A DNA stretch of 64,000 nt from an uncultured delta proteobacterium (lineage in GTDB: Bacteria > Myxococcota > Myxococcia > Myxococcales > Myxococcaceae). A model generated the notes under the pieces. The model was not told where the DNA came from, did not search any database, and saw only the letters and a program-made list of their open reading frames with translations. Location of the stretch: positions 3,136,001 to 3,200,000 of the forward strand of contig CAWCKH010000004.1 in NCBI GenBank assembly GCA_963796055.1, given 5' to 3'. How positions within the stretch are numbered: position 1 is the first letter of the stretch; the number at the start of each line of letters is the position of its first letter. Below are positions 30,788 through 40,053 of the stretch, piece after piece. Made by a program: the position numbers and the translations under genes.

Positions 30788-30826
30788 TGCGTATAGATAT
30801 GCAGGCTCAATGCATAAGTATGCCAT
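30788..30826. promoter_or_regulatory. Tandem ARG boxes (ArgR operator)
   Basis: 18-mers TGCGTATAGATATGCAGG (30788-30805) and AATGCATAAGTATGCCAT (30809-30826) fit nnTGnATwwwwATnCAnn with a few mismatches, with the canonical 3-bp spacing; argR is in the operon. Confidence 0.8.
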
Positions 30827-31874
30827 CGGGGTGGTCGGGGCCTCCGGCTACTCCGGCATCGAGCTCTGCCGCGTCCTCGCCGCCCACCCGGGGGTGGAGG
30901 TCCGCTTCGTCGCCAGCGACCGGTGGGAGGGCGCCACCGTCCGGGCGAAGACCGGCCTCGGCGGGCCCGTCGGCGCCCTGGCCTACGTTCCGAACGTCCA
31001 GGCGTTGAAGGCCTCGGAGGGCTGCGCGGCGGTGCTGCTGGCCACCCCGGCCGAGGCGTCGCTGGAGCTGGCGCCGGCCCTGCTCGAGCGCGGGGTGAAG
31101 GTCATCGACCTCTCGGGCGCCTTCCGGCTCGCCGACGCCGCTGCCTACCCGCGGCACTACGGCTTCGAGCACCGGCTTCCGGCGCTGCTGGAGTCGGCGG
31201 TGTACGGGCTGCCGGAGCTCGTGGACCGCAAGGCCATCGCCTCGGCGCGGCTGGTGGCCAACCCCGGCTGTTACCCCACCGCCGCGGCCCTGGCCCTCGT
31301 GCCGCTGCTCCGGGCGGGGCTCCTCGCCGACGAGTCCATCGTCATCGACGCCGCGTCGGGCGTCTCCGGAGCCGGGCGGCAGGCCTCCGAGGCTTACAGC
31401 TTCTGCGAGGTCGCCGACGACGTCCGGCCGTACAAGGTCCTCCGGCACCAGCACACCCCCGAGATCGCCCAGTCGCTCGCCCGCGGGGCGGGCAGGGCCG
31501 TGCGCCTCACGTTCACCCCGCACCTGCTTCCCATCAGGCGAGGCATCCTCTCCACCGCCTCGGCGCGGCTCGCCCCGGGCGCGGCCCCTGGCGCGCTGGC
31601 CGAGGTGCTCCGCGCCGCCTACCGGGACGAGCCCCTGGTGGAGATGCTCGAGACGCCGGAGCAGGTGTCCATCGCCAGGGTCGTCGGCACGCCGCGCGCC
31701 GCGGTGGCCGTCTCCGCCGCCGAGTCGGGCTTCGACCCGGGCCGGGTGGTGGTCGTCTCCTCCATCGACAACCTCCTCAAGGGTGCCGCGAGCCAGGCGG
31801 TGCAGAACCTCAACCTCGTGCTCGGGCTCCCCGAGCGCACCGCGCTCGAGCCGAGCCCCGGAGTCCGCTCATGA
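30810..31874 (+). CDS. argC: N-acetyl-gamma-glutamyl-phosphate reductase
   Basis: GASGYSG, DLSGAFRL, ANPGCYPTA, SGVSGAG, HQHTPEI, DNLLKGAASQAVQN. Confidence 0.96.
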   Translation: MHKYAIGVVGASGYSGIELCRVLAAHPGVEVRFVASDRWEGATVRAKTGLGGPVGALAYVPNVQALKASEGCAAVLLATPAEASLELAPALLERGVKVIDLSGAFRLADAAAYPRHYGFEHRLPALLESAVYGLPELVDRKAIASARLVANPGCYPTAAALALVPLLRAGLLADESIVIDAASGVSGAGRQASEAYSFCEVADDVRPYKVLRHQHTPEIAQSLARGAGRAVRLTFTPHLLPIRRGILSTASARLAPGAAPGALAEVLRAAYRDEPLVEMLETPEQVSIARVVGTPRAAVAVSAAESGFDPGRVVVVSSIDNLLKGAASQAVQNLNLVLGLPERTALEPSPGVRS

Positions 31875-33907
31875 TGGTGCAGGGCTTCCGGTTCGCCGGG
31901 CTCCATGCAGGCATCAAGCCGGCGAAGAAGGACCTGGCGCTGGTGGTGAGCGACGTGCCCGCCTCGGGCGCCGGCTGCTTCACCATCAACCGCGCTCAGG
32001 CCGCCCCGGTGCAGGACGCCCAACCCCGGCTCCCCGCGACCGGGGTCCGTGCCATCCTGGTCAACAGCGGCAACGCCAACGCCCTCACCGGCGAGGAAGG
32101 CCGCAAGGACGTGGCCCAGGTCCGGCGGGCGCTCGGCGCGGTCCTTCGCGTGCCGCCCGAGTCGACGTTCACCGCCAGCACCGGCGTCATCGGCGTCCGG
32201 CTCCCGGTGGAGAAGATCACCCACGGGCTCGGCCGCCTCGTCGAGTCCCTGGGCCCGAGCTGCGAGCCCGCCGCCGAGGCGATCCTGACCACCGACACTC
32301 ACCCCAAGGTGGCGCGCCGGTCGCTCCACCTCGGTGGGCGGGAGGTGAGCATCCTCGGGTTCGCCAAGGGCTCGGGGATGATCGCCCCCCAGATGGCGAC
32401 GATGATCGCCGTCGTGTGCACCGATGCGGCGATTCCTCCTCCGGTCCTCGCCCGGGCGCTCCGGAGCGCGGTCGACGCGAGCTTCCACGCCGTGGTCGTC
32501 GACGGCGACATGAGCACCAACGACTGCGTGTTCGCCCTGGCCAACGGGATGGCGGCGAACGCCCCGGTCGGCGAGGCAGGCCCGGACTACGAGAGCTTCT
32601 GCGCCGCGCTGACCGACGTCTGCGCCGAGCTCGCCCGCGACATCGCCGCCGACGGTGAGGGCGCCACCAAGCTGCTCACGGTGGAGATCACCCAGGCGCC
32701 GAGCGCGGCGATCGCCCGGGACATCAGCAAGGCCATCGCCGTCTCGCCCCTGGTGAAGACCGCGCTCTTCGGCGCCGATCCCAACTGGGGCCGGGTGCTG
32801 GCCACCGTCGGCGCGCGCGCCGGGAGCCAGGACTACCCCATCGACCCCGAGCAGGCCGAGGTCCGGATCCAGGGTGTACGGGTGTTCGGCGACGGCGCGC
32901 CGCAGCCGCACGACCCGGAGACGCTCCGGGCGCGCATGCGCGAGCCGGAGGTGGTGGTGGAGGTGGCGCTGGCCGCCGGCAAGGATTCGGCGACCGCCTG
33001 GGGCTGCGACTTCAGCTACGACTACGTGAAGATCAACGCCGACTACACCTCGCTCATCGTCCCCCAGGCGGACGGCTCGGTGCGGCGCGAGGACCGGCTC
33101 ACCCGGTACAGCCCGGGCTTCAAGCAGACGCTGCTGGTCGAGGCGCTCAAGTACATCTCCCGCTTCTCCGGGACCACCTGCGTGCTGGGCTACGGCGGGG
33201 AGGGGCTCCGCAAGAGCTCGAACCGGGCGAGCTTCTGCGAGGACGTGGTGCTCCTCCGCTCGGTGGGGCTCCGGCCGGTGGTTGTGCACGGTGCCGTCCC
33301 GCCGGAGGAGGGGATGCCCCCGGTGGATCCCGACGTGCTGGAGATGGTCCTCACCGGACGAATCACCGGGGACCTGGTGGCGCTGCTCAACGCCGGGGGT
33401 GGCCGCGCAGTGGGCGTCTCGGGCAAGGACGGGCCGCTGCTCCGCGCCGTTCCTTCGGCGTCCGACGCCGCCGCCCTGGGCGAGCGCAGGGGCGAGGTCC
33501 GCGAGGTGAACCGCGGGTTCCTCGAGATGTTGATGGAGAAGGACTACCTCCCGGTCATCGCCCCGGTGGGGATCGGGCCGGGGGGCGAGACGCTGCACCT
33601 GTCCCCGGAGGGTGCCGCCGCCGAGGTGGCCATCGCGCTCGGGGCGCCGAAGCTCATCCTCCTCCAGGACGCCAAGGGCCTGGTCGCGGGCGGCGAGGTC
33701 CGCAACCAGCTGACGGTCACCGACCTCGAGCGCCAGCTCGCCGACGGCGCCGTGCCTGCGCAGAGCAAGCCGCTGGTGCACGCCATCCTCCGCGCGCTCG
33801 CCGGTGGAGTGGAGCGGGTCCACGTGCTCGACGGCCGGCTGGCCCACGCCACCATCGCCGAGCTCTTCACCGACCACGGCGTCGGCACGCTGGTGACCGC
33901 CGGATGA
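31871..33907 (+). CDS. argJ: Ornithine acetyltransferase ArgJ fused to a degenerate acetylglutamate-kinase-like (AAK) domain
   Basis: NSGNANA, STGVIG, TTDT, KGSGMIAPQMATM, DGEGATK, DPNWGR, YVKINADY, then about 280 aa of ArgB-like sequence ending ELFTDHGVGT. Confidence 0.9.
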   Translation: MMVQGFRFAGLHAGIKPAKKDLALVVSDVPASGAGCFTINRAQAAPVQDAQPRLPATGVRAILVNSGNANALTGEEGRKDVAQVRRALGAVLRVPPESTFTASTGVIGVRLPVEKITHGLGRLVESLGPSCEPAAEAILTTDTHPKVARRSLHLGGREVSILGFAKGSGMIAPQMATMIAVVCTDAAIPPPVLARALRSAVDASFHAVVVDGDMSTNDCVFALANGMAANAPVGEAGPDYESFCAALTDVCAELARDIAADGEGATKLLTVEITQAPSAAIARDISKAIAVSPLVKTALFGADPNWGRVLATVGARAGSQDYPIDPEQAEVRIQGVRVFGDGAPQPHDPETLRARMREPEVVVEVALAAGKDSATAWGCDFSYDYVKINADYTSLIVPQADGSVRREDRLTRYSPGFKQTLLVEALKYISRFSGTTCVLGYGGEGLRKSSNRASFCEDVVLLRSVGLRPVVVHGAVPPEEGMPPVDPDVLEMVLTGRITGDLVALLNAGGGRAVGVSGKDGPLLRAVPSASDAAALGERRGEVREVNRGFLEMLMEKDYLPVIAPVGIGPGGETLHLSPEGAAAEVAIALGAPKLILLQDAKGLVAGGEVRNQLTVTDLERQLADGAVPAQSKPLVHAILRALAGGVERVHVLDGRLAHATIAELFTDHGVGTLVTAG

Positions 33908-34389
33908 GGCCCCGCGAGGAGCAGACCACCGAGGCCCGCCGCGAGGCGATCCGTCGCCTCATCCGTGGCCGGAAGGTCGCGACCCAGGAGGATCTCCGCT
34001 CGCTCCTGGCCGACCAGGGCTTCGAGGTGACCCAGGGCACGCTCTCTCGCGACCTGGCCCGGCTGGGCGCCCGGCGGGCTGCCGGATTAGAGGGGGGCAC
34101 GGTCTACGAGCTTCCCCCCGAGGGGTCCTCGGTTCCCGCCCCCGGGCTCCTCGAGGCGCTCGACCCCCTCGTCCGCGGAGTGCGAGACAACGGTGCGCTG
34201 GTGGTGGTGCACACCACTCCCGGCGCGGCCCCGGCGGTCGCCCTGGCGCTGGACCAGGCGCGCTTGCCGGAGGTGCTGGGAACGATTGCCGGCGACGACA
34301 CGGTGTTCGTCGCCCCGGCGCAGGCTGCCTCGGCGTCGAGGCTCACCAGGGTCCTCCAGGGACTCCTACAGAAGGGAAGAAGGTCATGA
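33904..34389 (+). CDS. argR: Arginine repressor
   Basis: TQEDL, VTQGTLSRDL, GTIAGDDT. Confidence 0.95.
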   Translation: MRPREEQTTEARREAIRRLIRGRKVATQEDLRSLLADQGFEVTQGTLSRDLARLGARRAAGLEGGTVYELPPEGSSVPAPGLLEALDPLVRGVRDNGALVVVHTTPGAAPAVALALDQARLPEVLGTIAGDDTVFVAPAQAASASRLTRVLQGLLQKGRRS

Positions 34390-35588
34390 AGAGAGAGAAG
34401 ATCGTCCTCGCGTACTCCGGAGGCCTGGACACGTCGGTCCTGGTCCGCATCCTCACCGAGGATTATGGCTACGACGTGGTGTGCTGCCACGCCGACGTGG
34501 GCGAGGCGCGCGACGCCAAGGCGCTCACCGAGCGGGCCAAGGCCGCCGGGGCGATCGCCATGGAGATGGTGGACGCCAAGGAGGAGTTCGCCAAGGACTT
34601 CTGCTTCCCGGCGCTGCAGGCCAACGCGCTCTACGAGGGCGTGTATCCGCTCTCGGCCGCGCTCAGCCGCCCGCTGATCGCCAAGCACCTGGTGGACATC
34701 GCCCACAATTACGGAGCCACCGCGGTGGCCCACGGCGCGACCGGCAAGGGCAACGACCAGGTACGGTTCGACCTGGCGGTGAAGGGTCTCGACCCGGCGC
34801 TGAAGATCATCGCCCCCCAGCGCGAGCGGAACATCAGCCGCGACGAGGCGATGGACTACGCCGCCAAGCACGGCATCGCGGTGCCCACCACCCGGAAGAG
34901 CCCGTTCAGCATCGACGAGAACCTCTGGGGGCGCAGCATCGAGGGCGGGGTACTGGAGGATCCGGCCACCGAGCCCCCCGAGGAGGCCTTCGCCTGGACG
35001 AGGTCGTGGAAGGACGCGCCGGCCGAGCCGGGGCTCATCCGCATCGGCTTCGAGGCTGGATATCCAGTGTCGGTCAACAGCGAGCGGCTGTCCCCCGCCA
35101 GGCTCATCACCAAGGTGGGCGAGTTCGCCGGTCTGCACGGCGTGGGCCGCATCGACCTCATGGAGAACCGGGTGGTGGGCATCAAGAGCCGGGAGACCTA
35201 CGAGTGTCCGGCCGCGGTGGCGCTCATCGCCGCCCACCAGGACCTCGAGCGGTTCACCACCCTGGGCCTGTCGGCGAGGACCAAGGCGCAGCTCGACACC
35301 ACCTTCGCCCAGCTCACCTATGACGGCTTCTGGTTCTCGCCGCTCCGGCGGGCGATCCAGGCCTTCAACGACGAGAACGACAAGTACGTCACCGGCGAGG
35401 TGACCTTGAAGCTGCACAAGGCCTCGCTCCGCGTCGTCGGCCGCAAGTCCGAGTTCGGCGTGTACAACAAGCTGCTCTCCACCTACGGCCGCGAGGACAA
35501 GTTCGACCACCGGGCCGCCGAGGGCTTCATCAACTTGCTCGGGCTCCAGCTCCAGGAGTACAGCCGTCTGCACGGGGGAGGGGCTTGA
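34386..35588 (+). CDS. argG: Argininosuccinate synthase
   Basis: LAYSGGLDTS, HGATGKGNDQVRF, SIDENLWG, ENRVVGIKSRE. Confidence 0.97.
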   Translation: MKREKIVLAYSGGLDTSVLVRILTEDYGYDVVCCHADVGEARDAKALTERAKAAGAIAMEMVDAKEEFAKDFCFPALQANALYEGVYPLSAALSRPLIAKHLVDIAHNYGATAVAHGATGKGNDQVRFDLAVKGLDPALKIIAPQRERNISRDEAMDYAAKHGIAVPTTRKSPFSIDENLWGRSIEGGVLEDPATEPPEEAFAWTRSWKDAPAEPGLIRIGFEAGYPVSVNSERLSPARLITKVGEFAGLHGVGRIDLMENRVVGIKSRETYECPAAVALIAAHQDLERFTTLGLSARTKAQLDTTFAQLTYDGFWFSPLRRAIQAFNDENDKYVTGEVTLKLHKASLRVVGRKSEFGVYNKLLSTYGREDKFDHRAAEGFINLLGLQLQEYSRLHGGGA

Positions 35589-37024
35589 TCGCCAAGACCG
35601 ACGCTGCCGGCGGACCGGGGCTTCTTCCGGAGGTGCTCGCCTTCTCCAGCTCGCTGGAGCAGGACCGGGCGCTGCTGCGCGAGGACCTGGTGGGCTCGAT
35701 GGCCCATCTGGCGATGCTCAGTCGCCAGGGCATCGTGCCCGCCGAGGCGGCGCGCACCATCCACGACGGCCTGGTGGCGCTGTGGCGCGACGCCGAGTCG
35801 GGCGCCTTCGTGCCCGCGGGCGAGGAGGACGTGCACATGGCGGTGGAGGCCGAGCTGACGCGCCGTCTGGGCGACGTCGCCGGCTTCCTCCACACCGGCC
35901 GCTCGCGGAACGACCAGGTGGCGCTCGACCTGCGCCTCTTCGTCCGGGAGCGGTGCGCCGACGTGCTGACCGGCCTCTCCGAGCTGCTCGCTCTGCTGGC
36001 CGGCCGGGCCGAGTCGGACCGCGAGGTCCTCTTCCCCGCCTACACCCATCGCCAGCGAGCCCAGCCGGTGAGCGCCGGCTACTGGTGGGCCGCGTACGGA
36101 GCGATGTTTGCCCGGGACGTGGAGGCGATGCGCTTCGCCCTGGCCCAGGTGGACGCCTCGCCGCTGGGGGTGGGTGCCATCGCCGGAACCTCGCTCCCCA
36201 CCGACCGGCGCATCCCCCAGGAGCTGCTCGACTTCTCCCGGCTCACCCTCAACGGTCTGGACACGGTGGGCGACCGGGACTTTGCGCTGGACTTCGTCTA
36301 CGCCGCCAGCCGGGTGCTGCTCCATGCCTCGCGGCTGGCCACCGACGTGGTGGACTTCGCCTCCAGCGAGTTCGGCTTCCTGGTGCTCGACGACGCCATC
36401 GCTTGCGGCTCGAGCCTCATGCCCCAGAAGAAGAACCCCGACGTCTTCGAGCTGGTGCGCGGCCGGAGTGGGCAGGGCATCGGCGCCCTGGTCCAGCTCT
36501 TCACCACCCTCAAGGGACTTCCCGGGGGCTACAACCGGGACCTCCAGGAGGACCGGGCCCCGCTGCTGGGAACCGCGTCGAACGTGCTGGCGGTGCTCGC
36601 CGCGCTCCGCGTGTCCATCCCCCGCATCCGCTTCGACGCCGACCGCTGCCGCGCAGCGCTGGAGCGCGACTACACCCAGGCGACGGACGTCGCCGAGGCG
36701 CTGGTCCGGGTGGGCGTCCCCTTCCGCTCGGCATACCGCCGCGTGGGCACGCTGGTCCGCAGGGCGCAAGCGGCCGGGCTGGGGCTTCTGCAGGCCCAGG
36801 ACCTCGCCCAGGCCCTCGACCCGGAGCTCGCCACCGCGCTGGCCTCGGTCGGTGACGTGCGGGCCTCCGTGGCCGGCAAGCGCAGCGCGGGCTCGACCGG
36901 GCCGGCCGAGGTGGAGCGGCAGATCGCCGTGCTCCGCCAGGCTGCCTCCGACGCCCGCGCCACCGCCTCGGCCGTTCCGCGCCTCGCTCAGCTCTTCACC
37001 ACGCTCGCCGGGGGCGGCCGGTGA
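35585..37024 (+). CDS. argH: Argininosuccinate lyase
   Basis: HTGRSRNDQV, YTHRQRAQP, GSSLMPQKKNPD, YNRDLQED. Confidence 0.96.
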   Translation: MIAKTDAAGGPGLLPEVLAFSSSLEQDRALLREDLVGSMAHLAMLSRQGIVPAEAARTIHDGLVALWRDAESGAFVPAGEEDVHMAVEAELTRRLGDVAGFLHTGRSRNDQVALDLRLFVRERCADVLTGLSELLALLAGRAESDREVLFPAYTHRQRAQPVSAGYWWAAYGAMFARDVEAMRFALAQVDASPLGVGAIAGTSLPTDRRIPQELLDFSRLTLNGLDTVGDRDFALDFVYAASRVLLHASRLATDVVDFASSEFGFLVLDDAIACGSSLMPQKKNPDVFELVRGRSGQGIGALVQLFTTLKGLPGGYNRDLQEDRAPLLGTASNVLAVLAALRVSIPRIRFDADRCRAALERDYTQATDVAEALVRVGVPFRSAYRRVGTLVRRAQAAGLGLLQAQDLAQALDPELATALASVGDVRASVAGKRSAGSTGPAEVERQIAVLRQAASDARATASAVPRLAQLFTTLAGGGR

Positions 37025-37947
37025 GACACTTCCTGCGGATGGCCGACCTCGGACGCGGGGAGATCCGCCGCCTCTTCGCCCGTGCCGCCCAGTTGAAGCG
37101 GCGCCGGCGAGAGGGGCACCTTGACGACTCGCTGGCCGGCAGGACGGTGGTGCTCCTGATGGAGAAGGCCAGCACCCGGACCCGGCTCTCGTTCGCCGCC
37201 GCCGCGTTCCAGCTCGGCGGCCACGCGATCGAGCTGACCGCCAGCACCAGCCAGCTCGCCCGCGGCGAGCCCCTGTCCGACACCGCTCGGGTCGTCTCGT
37301 CGTACGCCGACGCGGTGGTGATGCGCACCACCGCCGATGCGCGACTCGCCGAGTTCGTCCGCTGGAGCTCGGTGCCGGTCATCAACGGGCTCACCGACGG
37401 CGGACACCCGGTCCAGGTGCTGACCGACCTGTTCACCGTGGAGGAGTCGGTCGGTGCGCTGGCCGGCAAGCGGATCGCCTTCGTCGGCGACGGCTCGGGC
37501 AACATGGCCCGCTCCTTCCTGGAGGCGGCCCCGCTGCTGGACTTCACCCTGCAGCTCGGGTCTCCACCGGAGTTCCGCCCGCCCGCCGCGGAGGCCCAGC
37601 CCGCCGGGAGTCACCTCCTGATCTCCGGCGATCCGCGGGCGGCGGTGGCAGGTGCCGACGTGGTGGTGACCGACGTGTGGACCAGCATGGGCCAGGAGGC
37701 GGAGGCCGCGGCGCGGCTGAAGGCCTTCCAGGGCTTCACGGTGGACGCGGCGCTGCTCGCCGCCGCACGTCCGGGTGCGATCGTCCTCCACTGTCTACCT
37801 GCTCACCGGGGCGAGGAGATCACCGACGAGGTGCTCGAGGGACCGCAGTCGCGGGTCTTCCAGGAGGCCGAGAACCGGATGCACGTGCAGAAGGCGCTGC
37901 TCGAGCACGTCATCCTCGGCGGCGTTGCCGAGACGTCAGAGGCCTGA
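37021..37947 (+). CDS. argF: Ornithine carbamoyltransferase
   Basis: STRTRLSF, HPVQ, TDVWTSMGQE, HCLPAHRGEE, AENR. Confidence 0.96.
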   Translation: MRHFLRMADLGRGEIRRLFARAAQLKRRRREGHLDDSLAGRTVVLLMEKASTRTRLSFAAAAFQLGGHAIELTASTSQLARGEPLSDTARVVSSYADAVVMRTTADARLAEFVRWSSVPVINGLTDGGHPVQVLTDLFTVEESVGALAGKRIAFVGDGSGNMARSFLEAAPLLDFTLQLGSPPEFRPPAAEAQPAGSHLLISGDPRAAVAGADVVVTDVWTSMGQEAEAAARLKAFQGFTVDAALLAAARPGAIVLHCLPAHRGEEITDEVLEGPQSRVFQEAENRMHVQKALLEHVILGGVAETSEA

Positions 37948-38074
37948 GGCCGGCCTGACACGGACGCTCCAGAGGAAACTTTGGACAACGTTCACTGATC
38001 GGCACTCCCTGGCCCCCGGGTAGAAGCGGCCTCAGGCTGCGGGGCAGAGTGTTCACCGTACGAAGGGGGGTGTC

Positions 38075-38850
38075 ATGGGGACCATCCTCGGTTCGTGGTT
38101 CGTGGAGGTCGTGGACCCGGATCCGATCGACCGGGCCCGTCTGGTGGAGGCGGTGACCGCACTGGGGGTGATGGTCCAGGGGCACGCTCGCCTGGAGGAT
38201 GGTTCGACTCTTCGCGGGAACCCGCAGCTTGGGTGTCTGCTCGTCTCCGCCGAGGACTGGACGACGACCTCCCGCGGTCTGGACGCGCTCCTCGCGGAGC
38301 TGGGGGCTGGCGTCCCGGCCGTGGCGATCGGGCGAGCGCTGTCGCTGCCGAGGGTGGTGCAGCTGCTCAAGGCAGGGGCGGTCGACGTGCTCCACAAGCC
38401 GGTCGAGCCGGCGCGCGTGCAGCGGGCGGTCCACGAGGCGCTGCTCCGGGCCACGGATGCGCGGGCGCGCGCCCGGCGGATCTCCGAGCTGCGGGCCAAG
38501 CTCGACCATCTCACCCCCAGGGAGCGGGAGGTCACCTCGCTTCTGGTGCGGGGGCTGCTGAACAAGCAGGTCGGGCGGAGCTCGGCATCGCCGAGCGGAC
38601 GGTGAAGGGCTACCGGGCGCAGATCCTCCGGAAGGTCCGTGTCTCCGGCGTGGCCGAGCTGGTGCGGATCGCCACCTTGCTCGAGCTCGAGCAGACCGCC
38701 GGCGGGTCTGTCCGCCTCGGTCTGTTCGGACCGGGCGAGCCAGGGACCGACAGGCGCCGGGCTTCCCGTGCCGCGGGCGAGATCCAGGTCGCCACTGGCC
38801 CGGTGAGGCTGGAGGCGAGAAGGGCCTGGGAGCCTGTCGGCCATCGCTGA
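38075..38850 (+). pseudogene. FixJ/LuxR-type response regulator with a degenerate receiver and a 1-nt deletion frameshift at ~38575
   Basis: GAVDVLHKP and LTPREREV...GLLNKQV, then AELGIAERTVK...KVRVSGVAELVR in the next frame. Could be a sequencing error. Confidence 0.75.
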
Positions 38851-38984
38851 CTGCGGCCGCCCTGACCTCGCCGCCTCGCCGGGCTTCCCGTGCCGCGGGC
38901 GAGATCCAGCTCGCCACTGGCCCGGTGAGGCTGGAGGCGAGAAGGGCCTGGGAGCCTGTCGGCCATCGCTGACTGCGGCCGCCC
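38755..38984 (+). repeat. 108-bp direct repeat (38755-38862, 38877-38984)
   Basis: The two copies differ at one position (CCAGGTCG vs CCAGCTCG). A 20-bp partial third copy is at 39033-39052. Confidence 0.92.
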
Positions 38985-39161
38985 GGACTGCGCCGACTGC
39001 AGCCCACCCGACGACACCCTGACCCGGACCTCGACTGCGGCCGCCCTGACCTAGCCCTCGCGAGGAGTTCCGGCCCCGGCCGGCAGCCTCGGGCGAACTG
39101 GCTCGAGGAGGCAGACTCTGTACCTGTCGTGGACCGCCCCCGGGCCTGTACCCTTCCGGGC

Positions 39162-39521
39162 ATGGTGGTGATCGTCTTTCGCTCCCGGCTGACGCCCGAG
39201 GCCGGCGAGGATTACCAGGCGCTCGGCGCCGAGCTGGAGCACCTGGTGCTCACCCAGCCGGGGTATGTGTCTCACAAGTACTACGAGGCCGCTGATGGAG
39301 AGCGGCTGACCCTGGTCTGGTTCCGCGACCAGGAATCCCTCCGGACCTGGAAGATGCTGCCGCGCCACCTCGAGGCGCAGCGCCGGGGCCGGGAGCGCTG
39401 GTACGAGTTCTACGAGATGGACGTCGCCGAGGTGGTTCGCAGCTCGCGGTTCAGTCGTCCGGGGGCCTCGGGCGGGCCGAGCGGCGGCGGCCCCGCCGAG
39501 CGGGCGGAAGCGGAGTCCTGA
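39162..39521 (+). CDS. Antibiotic biosynthesis monooxygenase (ABM) family protein
   Basis: VIVFRSRL...QPGYVS...W...HLEAQRRGRERWY. Confidence 0.85.
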   Translation: MVVIVFRSRLTPEAGEDYQALGAELEHLVLTQPGYVSHKYYEAADGERLTLVWFRDQESLRTWKMLPRHLEAQRRGRERWYEFYEMDVAEVVRSSRFSRPGASGGPSGGGPAERAEAES

Positions 39522-40003
39522 TGCTCCCCGGTGGCCTGGTCGAGCGGCTTGCCGCGATGCCCCGTCTGTTGCAGGCCTGTGCGGACCGTCTGCCGCGGTC
39601 CGACTGGACGCGCCAGCCGTCTCCGGGGCTGTTCTCGCTGGTCGAGCACTGCTGCCACCTGCGTGACCTCGAGGAGGAGGGGTATTCGCTCCGGATCCGC
39701 CGGATGATGCGCGAGCAGGCTCCGGTGCTCGACGACTTCGACGGCGGGACGGTGGCCGCTGGCCGTGCCTACCCCGCCCAGGATCTGGCGGCGGCGCTCC
39801 AGGCCTTTGCCGGCGCCCGGAGCCGGAACCTCGCCGTGCTCTCGGGGCTCGATGCCCGGGCGCTCGGACGGACGGCGAACTTCGGGGTCCACGGGACCAT
39901 CACCCTTGCCCGGCTGGCGGAGCTCATGGACGAGCACGACGCGAGCCACCGCGCCGAGATCCAGGACCTGTTCCGGATGCTCGGAGTGGCAGCCCCCGAC
40001 TGA
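39521..40003 (+). CDS. DinB family protein
   Basis: FSLVEHCCHLRDLE...EHDASH; coupled to the ABM gene (TGATG). Confidence 0.85.
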   Translation: MLPGGLVERLAAMPRLLQACADRLPRSDWTRQPSPGLFSLVEHCCHLRDLEEEGYSLRIRRMMREQAPVLDDFDGGTVAAGRAYPAQDLAAALQAFAGARSRNLAVLSGLDARALGRTANFGVHGTITLARLAELMDEHDASHRAEIQDLFRMLGVAAPD

Positions 40004-40053
40004 GGGTCGCCGGGCCGCGGCGATCGCGAAGAGCTCGGTGGTGCGAGGAGTCC

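Noticed and set aside
38755..39052. CRISPR array
   Set aside because: The unit is 108 bp with only two copies, no unique spacers of typical length and no cas genes.
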